The notes under the pieces were generated by a model. It ran no database searches. It was not told the DNA's origin and saw nothing but the letters and a program-made list of their open reading frames with translations. From Chitinophagales bacterium (GTDB taxonomy: Bacteria > Bacteroidota > Bacteroidia > Chitinophagales > UBA8649), in contig JBMYZU010000008.1 in the NCBI GenBank assembly GCA_049610685.1, positions 34,956 to 98,955 on the forward strand: a stretch of 64,000 bases of DNA, read 5' to 3'. Shown here one piece after another: positions 38,811 to 49,321 of the stretch (the first letter of the stretch is position 1; each line of letters starts with the position of its first letter). The translations under genes were made by a program, and so were the position numbers.

Positions 38811-40340
38811 TTATTTTGTAGAGTTTGTAATAGTAATGGCTTTTCGAATGGCTTCTTCTTGGAAGTCTTGAAAGACATCGATAATATCATTGTCAATGGC
38901 ACCGTCCCCTGTGTAGACAATCTCTAGCGCAGATCCCTCCGGAAGATCGTTGAGTGCCTTGATAAGAGATGCCTTACGCAGATAGGTTGCATGCTTTGTT
39001 AAGTGCAACTGTAGTTTTTTCGCATCGCCGCCAACCTGTTCGAATACGATAGGCGATTTAAACTGCTTCCACATAATAAAGAATACGGCGATAACAAGTC
39101 CTATACTCACACCCTTCAAGAGATCTAGGAATAAGATTCCTGCAATGGTGGCAATAAATGGAATGAACTGAACATATCCTTTCTTCCACATCGCTACAAA
39201 CAGGCTTGGTTTGGCAAGCTTGTAACCCACTAGGAAGAGAATGGCAGCCAACGAGGCAAAAGGAATCATACTCAAGAACTGCGGAATACTAAATGCGCAA
39301 ATCAATAAAAGGAAACCGTGGATGATGGCCGAATACTTTGATTTTCCGCCGGATTGAATATTGGCAGAACTTCGTACAATAACTTGCGTAATCGGAAGAC
39401 CTCCAATTAATCCCGAGATGATGTTTCCAATACCTTGCGCTTTTAACTCTCTATTAGTCGGTGTCGCAAAATGTTCCGGATCAAGTTTATCCGTTGCCTC
39501 GACACATAAAAGAGTTTCAAGGCTAGCCACAATCCATAACACAAAGGCAGTCGTGATGATTGGGTAGATTAAGCTCGTATCATTAAACACGGATAAATCA
39601 ACGAGTTGAAATTGTCCAAAGAATTTATTGGTGTAAGATGAAAAGTCTTGTCCACCGCTGAGAAGGGCTTCCATGGATTCAGAACCAGGCATGTTAACAT
39701 GATGGCCTGCAAGTAGTTTTAACATAGCTTGCCCTTTAAAGGCTACTCCGAGAGCAACACCGAGGATGACGACCAAAAGGGGGCCTGGCATTATTCGGCT
39801 CCATGCTTGGCTTTTCACCCACTTGCTCTCATAAATAGCTAGAATAACTAGCGAAATGACAGTTATGGTGATGGGGCCATAGGCAATCCCTTCAAACAAT
39901 CCAAGGTCTGGACCCCCAGCAACCTTGATTTGGCCTAAGGCGTGTGGAATTTCTTTAATGAAAATTACGAGGCCGATACCGGATAACATCCCCTTAATTA
40001 CGGAGTTAGGAAAGAAATAGGCGATAACACCCATTCGCAGAAACCCTGAGGCGAGTTGAAGCACTCCTGCTAAAACCACAGCCCACAAAAAGGCGCTATA
40101 TCCGATTTCTCCGATGGCTGTAGCTACAATAACGGCTAATCCAGCGGCCGGTCCACTGACACCGAGACGAGAACCACTTAAGGCAGCTACTACGATTCCA
40201 CCGATGATACCGGCGATAAGCCCTGCAAAAACGTTAGGTGCATCGGACACCACTGCAATACCTAAACAAAGAGGTAGTGCGACAAAAAAGACAACAAGAC
40301 TCGCAGGGACGTCTTGCTTCCAAGAAAATGAGTTTTTCAT
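38811..40340 (-). CDS. SulP-family anion transporter with a C-terminal STAS domain
   Basis: About 11 hydrophobic helices, the SulP signature region ELKAQGIGNIISGLIGGLPIT, and a STAS-like tail (LQLHLTKHATYLRK...LEIVYTGDGAIDNDI). Confidence 0.92.
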   Translation of the reverse strand: MKNSFSWKQDVPASLVVFFVALPLCLGIAVVSDAPNVFAGLIAGIIGGIVVAALSGSRLGVSGPAAGLAVIVATAIGEIGYSAFLWAVVLAGVLQLASGFLRMGVIAYFFPNSVIKGMLSGIGLVIFIKEIPHALGQIKVAGGPDLGLFEGIAYGPITITVISLVILAIYESKWVKSQAWSRIMPGPLLVVILGVALGVAFKGQAMLKLLAGHHVNMPGSESMEALLSGGQDFSSYTNKFFGQFQLVDLSVFNDTSLIYPIITTAFVLWIVASLETLLCVEATDKLDPEHFATPTNRELKAQGIGNIISGLIGGLPITQVIVRSSANIQSGGKSKYSAIIHGFLLLICAFSIPQFLSMIPFASLAAILFLVGYKLAKPSLFVAMWKKGYVQFIPFIATIAGILFLDLLKGVSIGLVIAVFFIMWKQFKSPIVFEQVGGDAKKLQLHLTKHATYLRKASLIKALNDLPEGSALEIVYTGDGAIDNDIIDVFQDFQEEAIRKAITITNSTK

Positions 40341-40379
40341 AATTTAAAATTGGTTTAACAAAACAAAAGACGGTGTTTG

Positions 40380-40697
40380 TTAGACCAAGTCCGGAGGCGG
40401 TATTATGATATCGGTGTATAGATTATGCCTGAGGCGATTAGTCCCAGTATGATTTGATGGAAAAAAGGTAGAATGTGCAGAGGGTAAACCCAGTTGCCGT
40501 TCTAGAAACTTTTCGGATTCCTTTTCCTCGCCCTCTTTTTCCTCTTGTTCGTTTTCTTGACTCTCTTTTTCCTGTCCTTGACTATCGAGATCTTCGTAGG
40601 ACGATGCATCGGTAAGGGCGCACGTGATAGCAGGACTTGTTTGGGCAAACAACAGCCCAATCAAACAAGTTAACAACGCAAGAGAGTACCATCTCAT
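40380..40697 (-). CDS. hypothetical secreted acidic low-complexity protein
   Basis: Signal peptide MRWYSLALLTCLIGLLFAQ followed by an E/K/Q-rich tract (QEKESQENEQEEKEGEEKESEK). Coding status is uncertain. Confidence 0.4.
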   Translation of the reverse strand: MRWYSLALLTCLIGLLFAQTSPAITCALTDASSYEDLDSQGQEKESQENEQEEKEGEEKESEKFLERQLGLPSAHSTFFPSNHTGTNRLRHNLYTDIIIPPPDLV

Positions 40698-40807
40698 ACT
40701 TTAAAAATACGGCAAAGAATTGTATGCTTTGTGTCATCTTACTAACGTTGATTATTCACCGAGCTTATAGCTTGTTGTAGCGCATAAAAAACATTAGATT
40801 GCGAACG

Positions 40808-43800
40808 ATGAGCGATTATTGTCATTTACATAATCATACCCAGTTTTCTTTGCTCGATGGTCATTCGAGTATCCCATCCATGATTAGCAAAGCGAAAGCA
40901 GATGGCCAACAGGCAGTAGCTATCACCGATCATGGCAATATGTTTGGGGCCTTTAAGTTTGTCGCCGAGGCAAACAAACAGAACGTAAAACCTATTGTAG
41001 GCTGTGAATTCTACTTAGTGGAAGATCGTTTTCAAAAGTCATTTGTCGGTGGGAAGAAAGATAAGCGCTACCATCAGTTACTTCTTGCAAAAAATTTAGA
41101 GGGATATCAAAACTTGTCCAAACTCTGTTCATTAGGTTTTATCGAGGGACTCTATTCGAAGTGGCCGAGAGTGGATTTTGAGTTAATCAAACAATATAAG
41201 GAGGGGCTTATTGCAACAAGTTGCTGTATAGGAGCTATTATTCCTCAGACCATACTCCATAAAGGGGAGGAAGCGGCTGAAGCGATGTTGTTGGAGTGGG
41301 TTGATGTCTTTGGAGAGGATTATTATGTCGAGCTTCAGCGTCATGGTCTTGATGATATTGATAATACGGGCATGAGTCAGGAGGACGTCAACCAGGTTTT
41401 GATTCGTCTTGCCAATAAGCACAATATTCCTATTATAGCCACTAATGATAGCCACTACACCGAAGAAGAAGATGCCTCAGCCCACGATATCTTGTTGTGT
41501 GTAAACACGGGTGAGAGCAAGTACACTCCGAAAGGCCACGGTAAGGGTTTTCGCTTTGGATTCCCTAATAATGAGTTTTATTTCAAGTCTCAAGAGGCGA
41601 TGAAGCAATTGTTTTCCGATGTGCCAGACGCCATTGAGAATACAATGGCCATTGCCGATAAGGTTAAAGGAATTCATCTTGAACGCGATTTACCCGTTTT
41701 GCCCAAGTTCTCTATTCCAGAAGGATTTGAATCGGAAGCTAAGTATCTTGAATTCTTGACCTTTGAGGGCGCAAAAAAGCGTTATGGAGAACCCTTGGAA
41801 AGTCATGTTCTAGAGCGGCTAGAGTTTGAGTTAAAAACCATTATCAAGGCAAAGTATGCGGGGTACTTTCTTATTGTACAGGATTTTACAACCGCAGCAA
41901 GACAACTCGATGTTAGTGTGGGGCCAGGTAGAGGATCTGCAGCGGGTTCAGCCATTGCCTATTGCTTGGGAATAACCAATGTAGATCCCATAAAGTACGA
42001 TTTACTCTTTGAGCGTTTCCTAAATCCTGAGCGTGTATCGATGCCAGATATCGATATTGATTTTGATGATGAAGGTCGTCAGCGCGTTATTGACTATGTC
42101 GTTGATAAATACACCAAGGACCAGGTGGCGCAGATTATTACCTACGGCTCGATGGCGGCAAAGTCTTCTCTGCGAGATGTTGGACGCGTGATGGATATTC
42201 CTTTGCAAGATGTCAATCAGGTGGCTAAGTCGTTTCCCGACCACTTAAGTGCTACCCTAAACAAAGTATTGGCTAAGCAGGGAATAGATGAGAAGCTTAA
42301 GGGTAAACTTAACGCCAATCAATTACAACAGGCCGAAGAATTTAGGAAGACGGCTGCACGGGAAGATAAAATTGGTGAGATGGTTCGCGAGGCCAAAAAC
42401 CTTGAAGGTTCTGTGCGAAATACGGGTGTGCATGCTTGTGGTATCATCATAACTCCTGAGGATATCAAAAACCTTATTCCTGTTACTACGTCAAAAGATT
42501 CAGACCTGCTGCTAACCCAATACGATAACAGTGTTGTCGAAGACGCTGGTCTTCTAAAGATGGACTTTCTAGGTCTTCGAACGCTAAGTATTATCAAAGA
42601 TGCCGTAGCATTAATCAAAGAAGGGCATGACGTGGACCTCGATCCAGATGCTTTCCCATTAGATGATGAAAAAACCTTTAAGCTATTCCAGAAAGGCTAC
42701 ACCAACGGTATTTTTCAGTTTGAGTCTGGTGGGATGCAAAAGCATCTCAAGGATCTAAAACCGGATTGCTTCGAGGATTTGATTGCCATGAACGCTCTCT
42801 ACCGACCAGGTCCCATTGAATACATTCCTTCATATTGCGCTAGGAAACATGGCCGAGAAAAGGTAGAATTTGACCATCCGTTAATGGAGGGTCGCCTCAA
42901 AGAAACATACGGTATAACCGTTTATCAGGAGCAAGTCATGCTTTTGGCACAAGATCTAGCTGGCTTTACCAAGGGGCAGGCTGATGAATTGCGCAAGGGA
43001 ATGGGTAAGAAAAAGAAGGAGGTCATCGATAAGTTATGGCCAACTTTTGAAGCGGGCTGTAAGAAAAACTCTATCGACGAAAAGACAATCAAGAAAGTAT
43101 GGCAAGATTGGGAAGCTTTTGCATCCTATGCCTTCAACAAGTCGCACTCAACCTGTTATGCGCTAATCGCTTATCAAACAGCATACTTAAAAGCGCACTA
43201 TCCTGCAGAATATATGGCCTCTGTTCTGACCCATAATATGAGCGACATTAAAAAGGTCAGCTTCTTTATGGAAGAATGTAAGCGGATGAAGCTCTCTGTC
43301 CTAGGGCCAAATATCAACGAAGCAGGCGCTAAGTTTCGAGTAAATGCCAAAGGAGAAATCCGATTTGCTTTGTCCGCGATCAAAGGGGTTGGGCAGCTTG
43401 CGGTGGATGAGCTTGTTAAAGAGCGTCTAGAAAATGGCCCGTATGCCGACATTTTTGATATTACAGCAAGACTGCGATCAAATCAAGTCAACAATAAAAC
43501 CCTTGAATCCTTGGCCATAGCGGGTGCGTTTGACAGTTTCAAGGGTATTCGCCGTGAGCAATACATCGAAAAAGATCCAATGGATGGTCTGATGCTTATC
43601 AATAAAGCGGTAAACTATGGACAGCGATTGTACCAAATTCAATCCAGCAGTCAAGCGAGCTTGTTTGGAGAAAGTGAGGTGGAAACCTTAGTAAAACCCG
43701 AGGCACCGGCAACACGACAATGGTCAAGTATTGAACGCCTGCAAAAGGAAAAAGAAGTCACCGGGGTTTATCTTTCCGGTCATCCGTTAGATCCCTACCG

Positions 43801-44374
43801 TTTGGACTTGAATAGCTTTGCAAATTCCACTACGGAAACCATGGAACGTCGTAAGTCTGGAGTAGTCCGACTAGGAGGAATCATTGCATCCTCTGATGTT
43901 CGGTTTTCTCAGAAAGGGCAGAAGTATTGCCGCTTTGTACTTGAAGACTTTGAGGGGTCCATGGAATTTATGCTGTTTCGAGAAAAATTCCTCGAGTTCG
44001 AACATTTTGTGCAGAATCCTGGTCACTTACTGATGATTACTGGCGCTTATAAGTTTAATCGGTATCGCGATGAGTACCGTTTTGAAATCCATGCGATGGA
44101 ACTTCTCGATGGCCTGCGCGAAAAGTATACGTCAAGAATAGATCTCCATCTCAAGTTAGACGCTGTAACGACCGATCTTACCGATCGGATCAAGATCCTC
44201 TGTGAGGAGAACAAAGGAGACGTTCCGGTCTATATTAAGGTATATGATACGGACAATAATGTATTGAATTTAACCTCAAATCAATATCGTATAGTTCCGA
44301 ATAGAAGGTTTATCGAAGGGCTATCGGCAGAGTCTTCCTTGACCTTTCAATTGGGCATGGCCCACCGAGCATAG
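40808..44374 (+). CDS. dnaE: DNA polymerase III alpha subunit
   Basis: PHP domain HLHNHTQFSLLDG, the polymerase core (PDIDIDF, GVHACG), and HhH and OB-fold regions. I used the ATG at 40808; the track start is a TTG three codons upstream. Confidence 0.98.
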   Translation: MSDYCHLHNHTQFSLLDGHSSIPSMISKAKADGQQAVAITDHGNMFGAFKFVAEANKQNVKPIVGCEFYLVEDRFQKSFVGGKKDKRYHQLLLAKNLEGYQNLSKLCSLGFIEGLYSKWPRVDFELIKQYKEGLIATSCCIGAIIPQTILHKGEEAAEAMLLEWVDVFGEDYYVELQRHGLDDIDNTGMSQEDVNQVLIRLANKHNIPIIATNDSHYTEEEDASAHDILLCVNTGESKYTPKGHGKGFRFGFPNNEFYFKSQEAMKQLFSDVPDAIENTMAIADKVKGIHLERDLPVLPKFSIPEGFESEAKYLEFLTFEGAKKRYGEPLESHVLERLEFELKTIIKAKYAGYFLIVQDFTTAARQLDVSVGPGRGSAAGSAIAYCLGITNVDPIKYDLLFERFLNPERVSMPDIDIDFDDEGRQRVIDYVVDKYTKDQVAQIITYGSMAAKSSLRDVGRVMDIPLQDVNQVAKSFPDHLSATLNKVLAKQGIDEKLKGKLNANQLQQAEEFRKTAAREDKIGEMVREAKNLEGSVRNTGVHACGIIITPEDIKNLIPVTTSKDSDLLLTQYDNSVVEDAGLLKMDFLGLRTLSIIKDAVALIKEGHDVDLDPDAFPLDDEKTFKLFQKGYTNGIFQFESGGMQKHLKDLKPDCFEDLIAMNALYRPGPIEYIPSYCARKHGREKVEFDHPLMEGRLKETYGITVYQEQVMLLAQDLAGFTKGQADELRKGMGKKKKEVIDKLWPTFEAGCKKNSIDEKTIKKVWQDWEAFASYAFNKSHSTCYALIAYQTAYLKAHYPAEYMASVLTHNMSDIKKVSFFMEECKRMKLSVLGPNINEAGAKFRVNAKGEIRFALSAIKGVGQLAVDELVKERLENGPYADIFDITARLRSNQVNNKTLESLAIAGAFDSFKGIRREQYIEKDPMDGLMLINKAVNYGQRLYQIQSSSQASLFGESEVETLVKPEAPATRQWSSIERLQKEKEVTGVYLSGHPLDPYRLDLNSFANSTTETMERRKSGVVRLGGIIASSDVRFSQKGQKYCRFVLEDFEGSMEFMLFREKFLEFEHFVQNPGHLLMITGAYKFNRYRDEYRFEIHAMELLDGLREKYTSRIDLHLKLDAVTTDLTDRIKILCEENKGDVPVYIKVYDTDNNVLNLTSNQYRIVPNRRFIEGLSAESSLTFQLGMAHRA

Positions 44375-44468
44375 TGTGGTGGAAAATGAGGAATAACTTT
44401 CTATGCTCATGTTGTGTTCATATTGTACTTTCACGATACAATTACATCAACTCTATAAAACAACAAAT

Positions 44469-44786
44469 ATGGCGTTCAAATTTACCGATGCGAATTTTGA
44501 AGAACAAATACAAAGTGATCAACCTGTTCTTGTAGACTTTTGGGCAGAATGGTGTGGCCCTTGTGTTGCACTTGGTCCTACGATTGAGGAGGTTGCTTCT
44601 GAATTTGACAGCAAAGCAGTAGTGGGTAAACTCAATGTCGATGAGAACCCGGAAACAGCAGGCCGCTTTGGCATTCGAAGTATTCCTACAGTTTTATTAA
44701 TGCACAAAGGTGAGGTGGTGCAAAAGTTTGTCGGTGTCCAGCCTAAGGCGACTTTCGTTGATGCGATTAATGCTGTGCTAGCATAG
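44469..44786 (+). CDS. trxA: thioredoxin
   Basis: WAEWCGPC active site and a 105-aa thioredoxin fold. Start trimmed to MAFKFTDANFEEQ. Confidence 0.95.
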   Translation: MAFKFTDANFEEQIQSDQPVLVDFWAEWCGPCVALGPTIEEVASEFDSKAVVGKLNVDENPETAGRFGIRSIPTVLLMHKGEVVQKFVGVQPKATFVDAINAVLA

Positions 44787-44787
44787 T

Positions 44788-45441
44788 ATGCCGGATCACT
44801 TATCCTGGCTCCATAATCTACATATTGAGGTTGTTGTCTTCGACCTAGGGAATGTAATCATCCCCGTAGACTTTGAGAAGACGGTGCAGTCCTTTATTTC
44901 ACTTGGTGGTAAAAAGGCAAGTGAGCTTTATCACTACGCAGGACAAACGCATCTTTTTGAACAACTTGAGCGAGGCGAAGTAAGCCGTGAAGAATTTCTC
45001 GATAGGGTGCGCCCTGAGTTGAATTATGCATCGGACACCGAGATTGTTGAGGCCTGGAATGCCATGCTCTTTCATATTGACCATTCGATATTTGAATATC
45101 TAAACAAACTAAGGCCCCGGTTCAAGACCTATGTATTGAGTAACATCAATACTTATCATGCTGAGTGGGTTGACCAAGCAATGCGAAGTGCCTCATCTGA
45201 GCAGGATATATCCCAATATTTTGATCATGTCTTTTACTCCCATGAGATAGGGCATCGTAAACCGGAATATGGAGCTTGGCAAACCATTATAGAGCAGGAA
45301 GGTGTTGACCCCAAAAAAACACTATTCATTGACGATAAAGACGAAAACATCAAGGCTGCCAAAGCATTAGGATTTCATGGACTGCAATGGAATCCCTCGA
45401 GTGATATTCGTTTGGTCGTCGACATTTTATTACCTTCATAA
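44788..45441 (+). CDS. HAD-superfamily hydrolase (subfamily IA-like)
   Basis: Motif I VVFDLGNVI, motif II SN, and motif III/IV K...LFIDDKDENI. Confidence 0.8.
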   Translation: MPDHLSWLHNLHIEVVVFDLGNVIIPVDFEKTVQSFISLGGKKASELYHYAGQTHLFEQLERGEVSREEFLDRVRPELNYASDTEIVEAWNAMLFHIDHSIFEYLNKLRPRFKTYVLSNINTYHAEWVDQAMRSASSEQDISQYFDHVFYSHEIGHRKPEYGAWQTIIEQEGVDPKKTLFIDDKDENIKAAKALGFHGLQWNPSSDIRLVVDILLPS

Positions 45442-45451
45442 AAAGCAATTT

Positions 45452-46513
45452 ATGTTACATTCTACACGTATTGCCGGCCTTGGCTTTTATGTCCCAGAAC
45501 GCGTTGTAAAGAATGATGACCTGACTCAATACATGGAAACAAGTGATACTTGGATCCAAGAGCGAACGGGTATCAAGGAACGTCGATATGCCAAACGTTT
45601 TGAGGAGACAACCACCACTATGGGTGTAAAAGCGGCAGAGGTAGCAATAGAGCGCGCAGGCATTACCGCTCAAGATGTTGATTTTATCGTCTTTGCTACG
45701 CTAAGTCCTGATTATTATTTTCCGGGTTGTGGCGTGTTATTGCAGCGTGCAATGGGTATGAAGGAAGTCGGTGCACTCGATGTTCGTAATCAGTGTTCGG
45801 GGTTTATTTATGCTTTGAGTGTGGCAGATCAGTTTGTAAAAACCGGCATGTATAAGAATGTGCTTGTAGTGGGTGCTGAATTTCATTCTTGCGGATTGGA
45901 TTTTTCTACTAGAGGTCGAAACGTTTCTGTAATTTTTGGAGATGGTGCAGGAGCAGCAATTCTTCAGCCATCGGATAATCCAGAAGAGGGTATTTTGTCA
46001 ACGCACCTGCACAGTGATGGTTCAGCTGCTGAGGAGCTGGCCTATCTCAATCCTGGGTGCCATGGTGGGCACTGGATCGATGACGAGACCCGTTTAAGTG
46101 AGTATCCTAGTGCAGAGAGTATGGAGGGTATTTTTATTACTCCTGATATGATGAATAAGGAACAAATTTATCCTTACATGAATGGACAGGCAGTTTTCAA
46201 AAAAGCGGTGGTGAAGTTTCCTGAGGTTATCATGGAGGCATTAGGTCGAAATGGCCTAACTCCAAGTGATATTGATGTGTTGGTTCCTCACCAAGCCAAT
46301 CTCCGTATAAGCCAATTTGTACAACGAACCTTGCGCCTTCCCGATGAAAAAGTTGTGAATAACATCCAACGCTTTGGAAATACGACGGCAGCGTCTATTC
46401 CTATTGCGTTAACCGAAGCTTGGGAACAAGGAAGGATAAAAAAAGGAGATCTAGTCTGTTTAGCTGCCTTCGGTAGTGGATTTACTTGGGCTAGCGCACT
46501 TATACGCTGGTAA
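45452..46513 (+). CDS. fabH: 3-oxoacyl-ACP synthase III family protein
   Basis: Catalytic Cys NQCSGFIYAL, plus HQAN and GNTTAASIP. Start trimmed to MLHSTRIAGLGFYVP. It carries an insertion relative to the ~320-aa FabH. Confidence 0.9.
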   Translation: MLHSTRIAGLGFYVPERVVKNDDLTQYMETSDTWIQERTGIKERRYAKRFEETTTTMGVKAAEVAIERAGITAQDVDFIVFATLSPDYYFPGCGVLLQRAMGMKEVGALDVRNQCSGFIYALSVADQFVKTGMYKNVLVVGAEFHSCGLDFSTRGRNVSVIFGDGAGAAILQPSDNPEEGILSTHLHSDGSAAEELAYLNPGCHGGHWIDDETRLSEYPSAESMEGIFITPDMMNKEQIYPYMNGQAVFKKAVVKFPEVIMEALGRNGLTPSDIDVLVPHQANLRISQFVQRTLRLPDEKVVNNIQRFGNTTAASIPIALTEAWEQGRIKKGDLVCLAAFGSGFTWASALIRW

Positions 46514-46524
46514 ATGATTTTCTC

Positions 46525-47688
46525 ATGAAGAAAAAATACATTCTTGTAGATCACTTTAGCCAATGGCAAGGATTGGCTCCTTTAACGTTAACAAGATCCA
46601 TTAGTGGTCTTCGTATAGGATTACGCACAATACAAGAAACATGGTCGGATGCGCTAGAAGACAATGTAGAAATTCAAACACAGGCGTATTTGATGGAGCA
46701 GACTCCGACACTCGATGGTGTTTGTGTTATGATTAATTCAGCCTTTTTATGTGTTCCTGATTTGGTTGAAAATATTCTGGCGCTCAATCCAGGAGAGTCT
46801 CTCTATGATCACGGTGTTCAGGTCGCCTCATGTGTAGATACTTCCGCTGCTGATGCAAACGAAGTTGAGATAAATGGCAAAGTGGGCTGGAAGATGCTCA
46901 GTCGTCCTTGGGAAATTTTTGAATGGGCAGGAGAGCAAATTGCAAGGGATTTTAAAGTATTAACTAAGCATTCGACAAGCCAAAATCTTCCGGATCATTG
47001 TGTTTGCATTGGTCCGATTGATCAATTGTTTATCGAAGAAGAAGCAGAAGTACTTAATGCCACGTTTAATACCGTAAATGGTCCGGTGTATATCGGAAAG
47101 AATGCAACCGTAATGGAGGGTAGTCGAGTACGTGGACCATTTATGATGGGTGAAGGATCTGTTCTTAAAATGAACGCAAAGATATATGGTGCTACGGTCT
47201 TAGGGCCCTATTGCAAGGTGGGTGGTGAGGTGAGTAACTCTGTTTTTCAGGGCTATTCTAACAAGGGACATGATGGTTACCTGGGAAATTCAGTCATAGG
47301 CTATTGGTGTAATCTAGGGGCTGATACCAATACATCCAATCTTAAAAACAATTACAGTTCTGTGAAGGTCTACAGCTATCTCGAGCAAGACTATGTAAAC
47401 TCCGACCGCCAGTTTATAGGAACGCTTATGGGGGACCATTGCAAAACAGGCATTAATACAATGCTCAACACAGGAACGGTTCTTGGAGTAAATGTCAATA
47501 TTGTAGGAGGAGATTTCCCTCCTAAATTCTTACCCTCTTTTTCTTGGGTAAATCGTCAAAAAGTATACACCTATCGACTGGATAAGGCAGTAGATGTAGC
47601 CAAGGCCGTTATGGCGCGAAGGCATTGCATTCTGTCTGATTTCGAGTTTTCAATTCTTAACCACTTATCTGAAACCAAACAACCATGA
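46525..47688 (+). CDS. putative sugar nucleotidyltransferase, alternative GlmU-like (left-handed beta-helix)
   Basis: The C-terminal half is made of hexapeptide repeats (VYIGKNATVMEGSRVRGP..., GNSVIGYWCNLGADTNTSN). Size and layout match the alt-GlmU-type family of Bacteroidota as I remember it. Confidence 0.75.
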   Translation: MKKKYILVDHFSQWQGLAPLTLTRSISGLRIGLRTIQETWSDALEDNVEIQTQAYLMEQTPTLDGVCVMINSAFLCVPDLVENILALNPGESLYDHGVQVASCVDTSAADANEVEINGKVGWKMLSRPWEIFEWAGEQIARDFKVLTKHSTSQNLPDHCVCIGPIDQLFIEEEAEVLNATFNTVNGPVYIGKNATVMEGSRVRGPFMMGEGSVLKMNAKIYGATVLGPYCKVGGEVSNSVFQGYSNKGHDGYLGNSVIGYWCNLGADTNTSNLKNNYSSVKVYSYLEQDYVNSDRQFIGTLMGDHCKTGINTMLNTGTVLGVNVNIVGGDFPPKFLPSFSWVNRQKVYTYRLDKAVDVAKAVMARRHCILSDFEFSILNHLSETKQP

Positions 47689-48458
47689 GAAAACATTATG
47701 TAATAGGCAACTGGAAAATGAACTTAACCTGGGAAGAGGTATTCGACCTTTGCGGTGATTTAAAAAACGCTGCTATACACTCTCTTCCTAATACCATTAG
47801 CATTGGAGTAACTCCGAGTAGTCCATACATCCCGGCAGTAATGCCCTTGCTCCCTGCACATATTAAAGTAGGTAGCCAAATGGTAAGCGCCATGGAGGCA
47901 GGTGCATGCACAGGACAAGTTTCTGCAAAGCAATTGGATTCGTTAGGTACGGTATTCACCTTAATTGGTCACTCTGAATCACGTGCTTTATGGAATGAAT
48001 CAGATGAGGATCTCGCGCAAAAGGTTTCTCGTTGTATGGAAACTCAGTTAGAAGTTGTTTTCTGTATTGGTGAGTCGCTTGAAGTCAGGGAGTCCGGAGA
48101 TTATTTAGCCTTTTTAATGCATCAGATTCAGGCAGGAATCTTTCATTTAGATGCTAAGCAAATGGAGCGAATCATTTTGGCCTATGAGCCTATTTGGGCT
48201 ATCGGTACAGGAAAAAGTGCTCAACCCAACCAAATTCAAGAAGTGCATCAAGCCTTACGTGGGATGATTGCAACCCAGTATGGCGAAGAGGTGGCCAATT
48301 CGATTTCTATTCTTTATGGTGGTAGCGTCAAGCCTGAGAATGCCGCAGGAACCTTTGCATTGGAAGATGTTGATGGAGCTTTGGTAGGCGGGGCGTCACT
48401 CAAGGCTCAGTCCTTTGCGGCCATTGCAGAAGCTTGTGTTGATCAGAAAAGCATCTAA
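47685..48458 (+). CDS. tpiA: triose-phosphate isomerase
   Basis: GNWKMN, IGHSESR, AYEPIWAIGTG and GGASL motifs. There is a 4-nt ATGA overlap with the upstream gene. Confidence 0.96.
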   Translation: MRKHYVIGNWKMNLTWEEVFDLCGDLKNAAIHSLPNTISIGVTPSSPYIPAVMPLLPAHIKVGSQMVSAMEAGACTGQVSAKQLDSLGTVFTLIGHSESRALWNESDEDLAQKVSRCMETQLEVVFCIGESLEVRESGDYLAFLMHQIQAGIFHLDAKQMERIILAYEPIWAIGTGKSAQPNQIQEVHQALRGMIATQYGEEVANSISILYGGSVKPENAAGTFALEDVDGALVGGASLKAQSFAAIAEACVDQKSI

Positions 48459-48463
48459 CCCCT

Positions 48464-49312
48464 GTGGAGCAATATGTTCAAGTCGTTTTTACCGTTGAAT
48501 CCAATGATTCGTTGGAAGTAAATAGTGCGTTTGAGATTATTGCAGCCATTTTACATGAGGAAGAATTTGAGTCGTTCGAATTTTTAGACGATAAACTCAT
48601 CGGATATATTAAGGAGCAGGTATGGGAGAAAGAGTCGATTGATCAAAGACTCTCGAATCTGCCTTTCGCTGTAACCTTAGATGCTATACCTGTGGTAAAC
48701 CAAAATTGGAATACTCTATGGGAACAGCAGATCAAGCCCATAGAGATTGGCAGAGAAATCTACATATATCCATCGTTTTCATCGCCGGAATCAAGTCGTC
48801 CGTATCAACTTGTGATTGATCCTAAAATGGCTTTTGGTACAGGGTATCATGATACTACACGAATGGTTCTAGAAACCATGGAAGATATGATGTTTGATAG
48901 CCAATCGGTCCTCGATTTTGGGTGCGGAACAGGTATTTTGGCCGTCTATGCAAAAATGCGTGGGGCTTCCAGGGTTGTCGGCATAGATAATGATATGATT
49001 GCGGTGGAAAGTGCACGGGATGTGGCTAGAGCAAACCATCAAGAAATTGAACTTAGATATCAAGCAAATGATGGATATCAACATGATGGAATAATCTATG
49101 ATTGCATTTTGGCTAACGTGAATAAAAATGCTATTGACCAAAATATTGAAGCCTTGCTCAAATCCTTACATCCTGAACAGGGTAATATTATTTTAAGCGG
49201 TCTTTTGTTGGCTGATTGGGCATGGGTAGAGCAACGAATGAAGACACTTGGCCTGAAACTTGTAGATAAACGCGCTTCATCTGCATGGCTTGCCCTGCGA
49301 TGGAAAGTGTAA
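48464..49312 (+). CDS. prmA: ribosomal protein L11 methyltransferase
   Basis: SAM motif LDFGCGTGILA, FGTGYHDTT and ANV/ANI. It starts with GTG at 48464. Confidence 0.9.
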   Translation: MEQYVQVVFTVESNDSLEVNSAFEIIAAILHEEEFESFEFLDDKLIGYIKEQVWEKESIDQRLSNLPFAVTLDAIPVVNQNWNTLWEQQIKPIEIGREIYIYPSFSSPESSRPYQLVIDPKMAFGTGYHDTTRMVLETMEDMMFDSQSVLDFGCGTGILAVYAKMRGASRVVGIDNDMIAVESARDVARANHQEIELRYQANDGYQHDGIIYDCILANVNKNAIDQNIEALLKSLHPEQGNIILSGLLLADWAWVEQRMKTLGLKLVDKRASSAWLALRWKV

Positions 49313-49321
49313 ATTGTAGAT

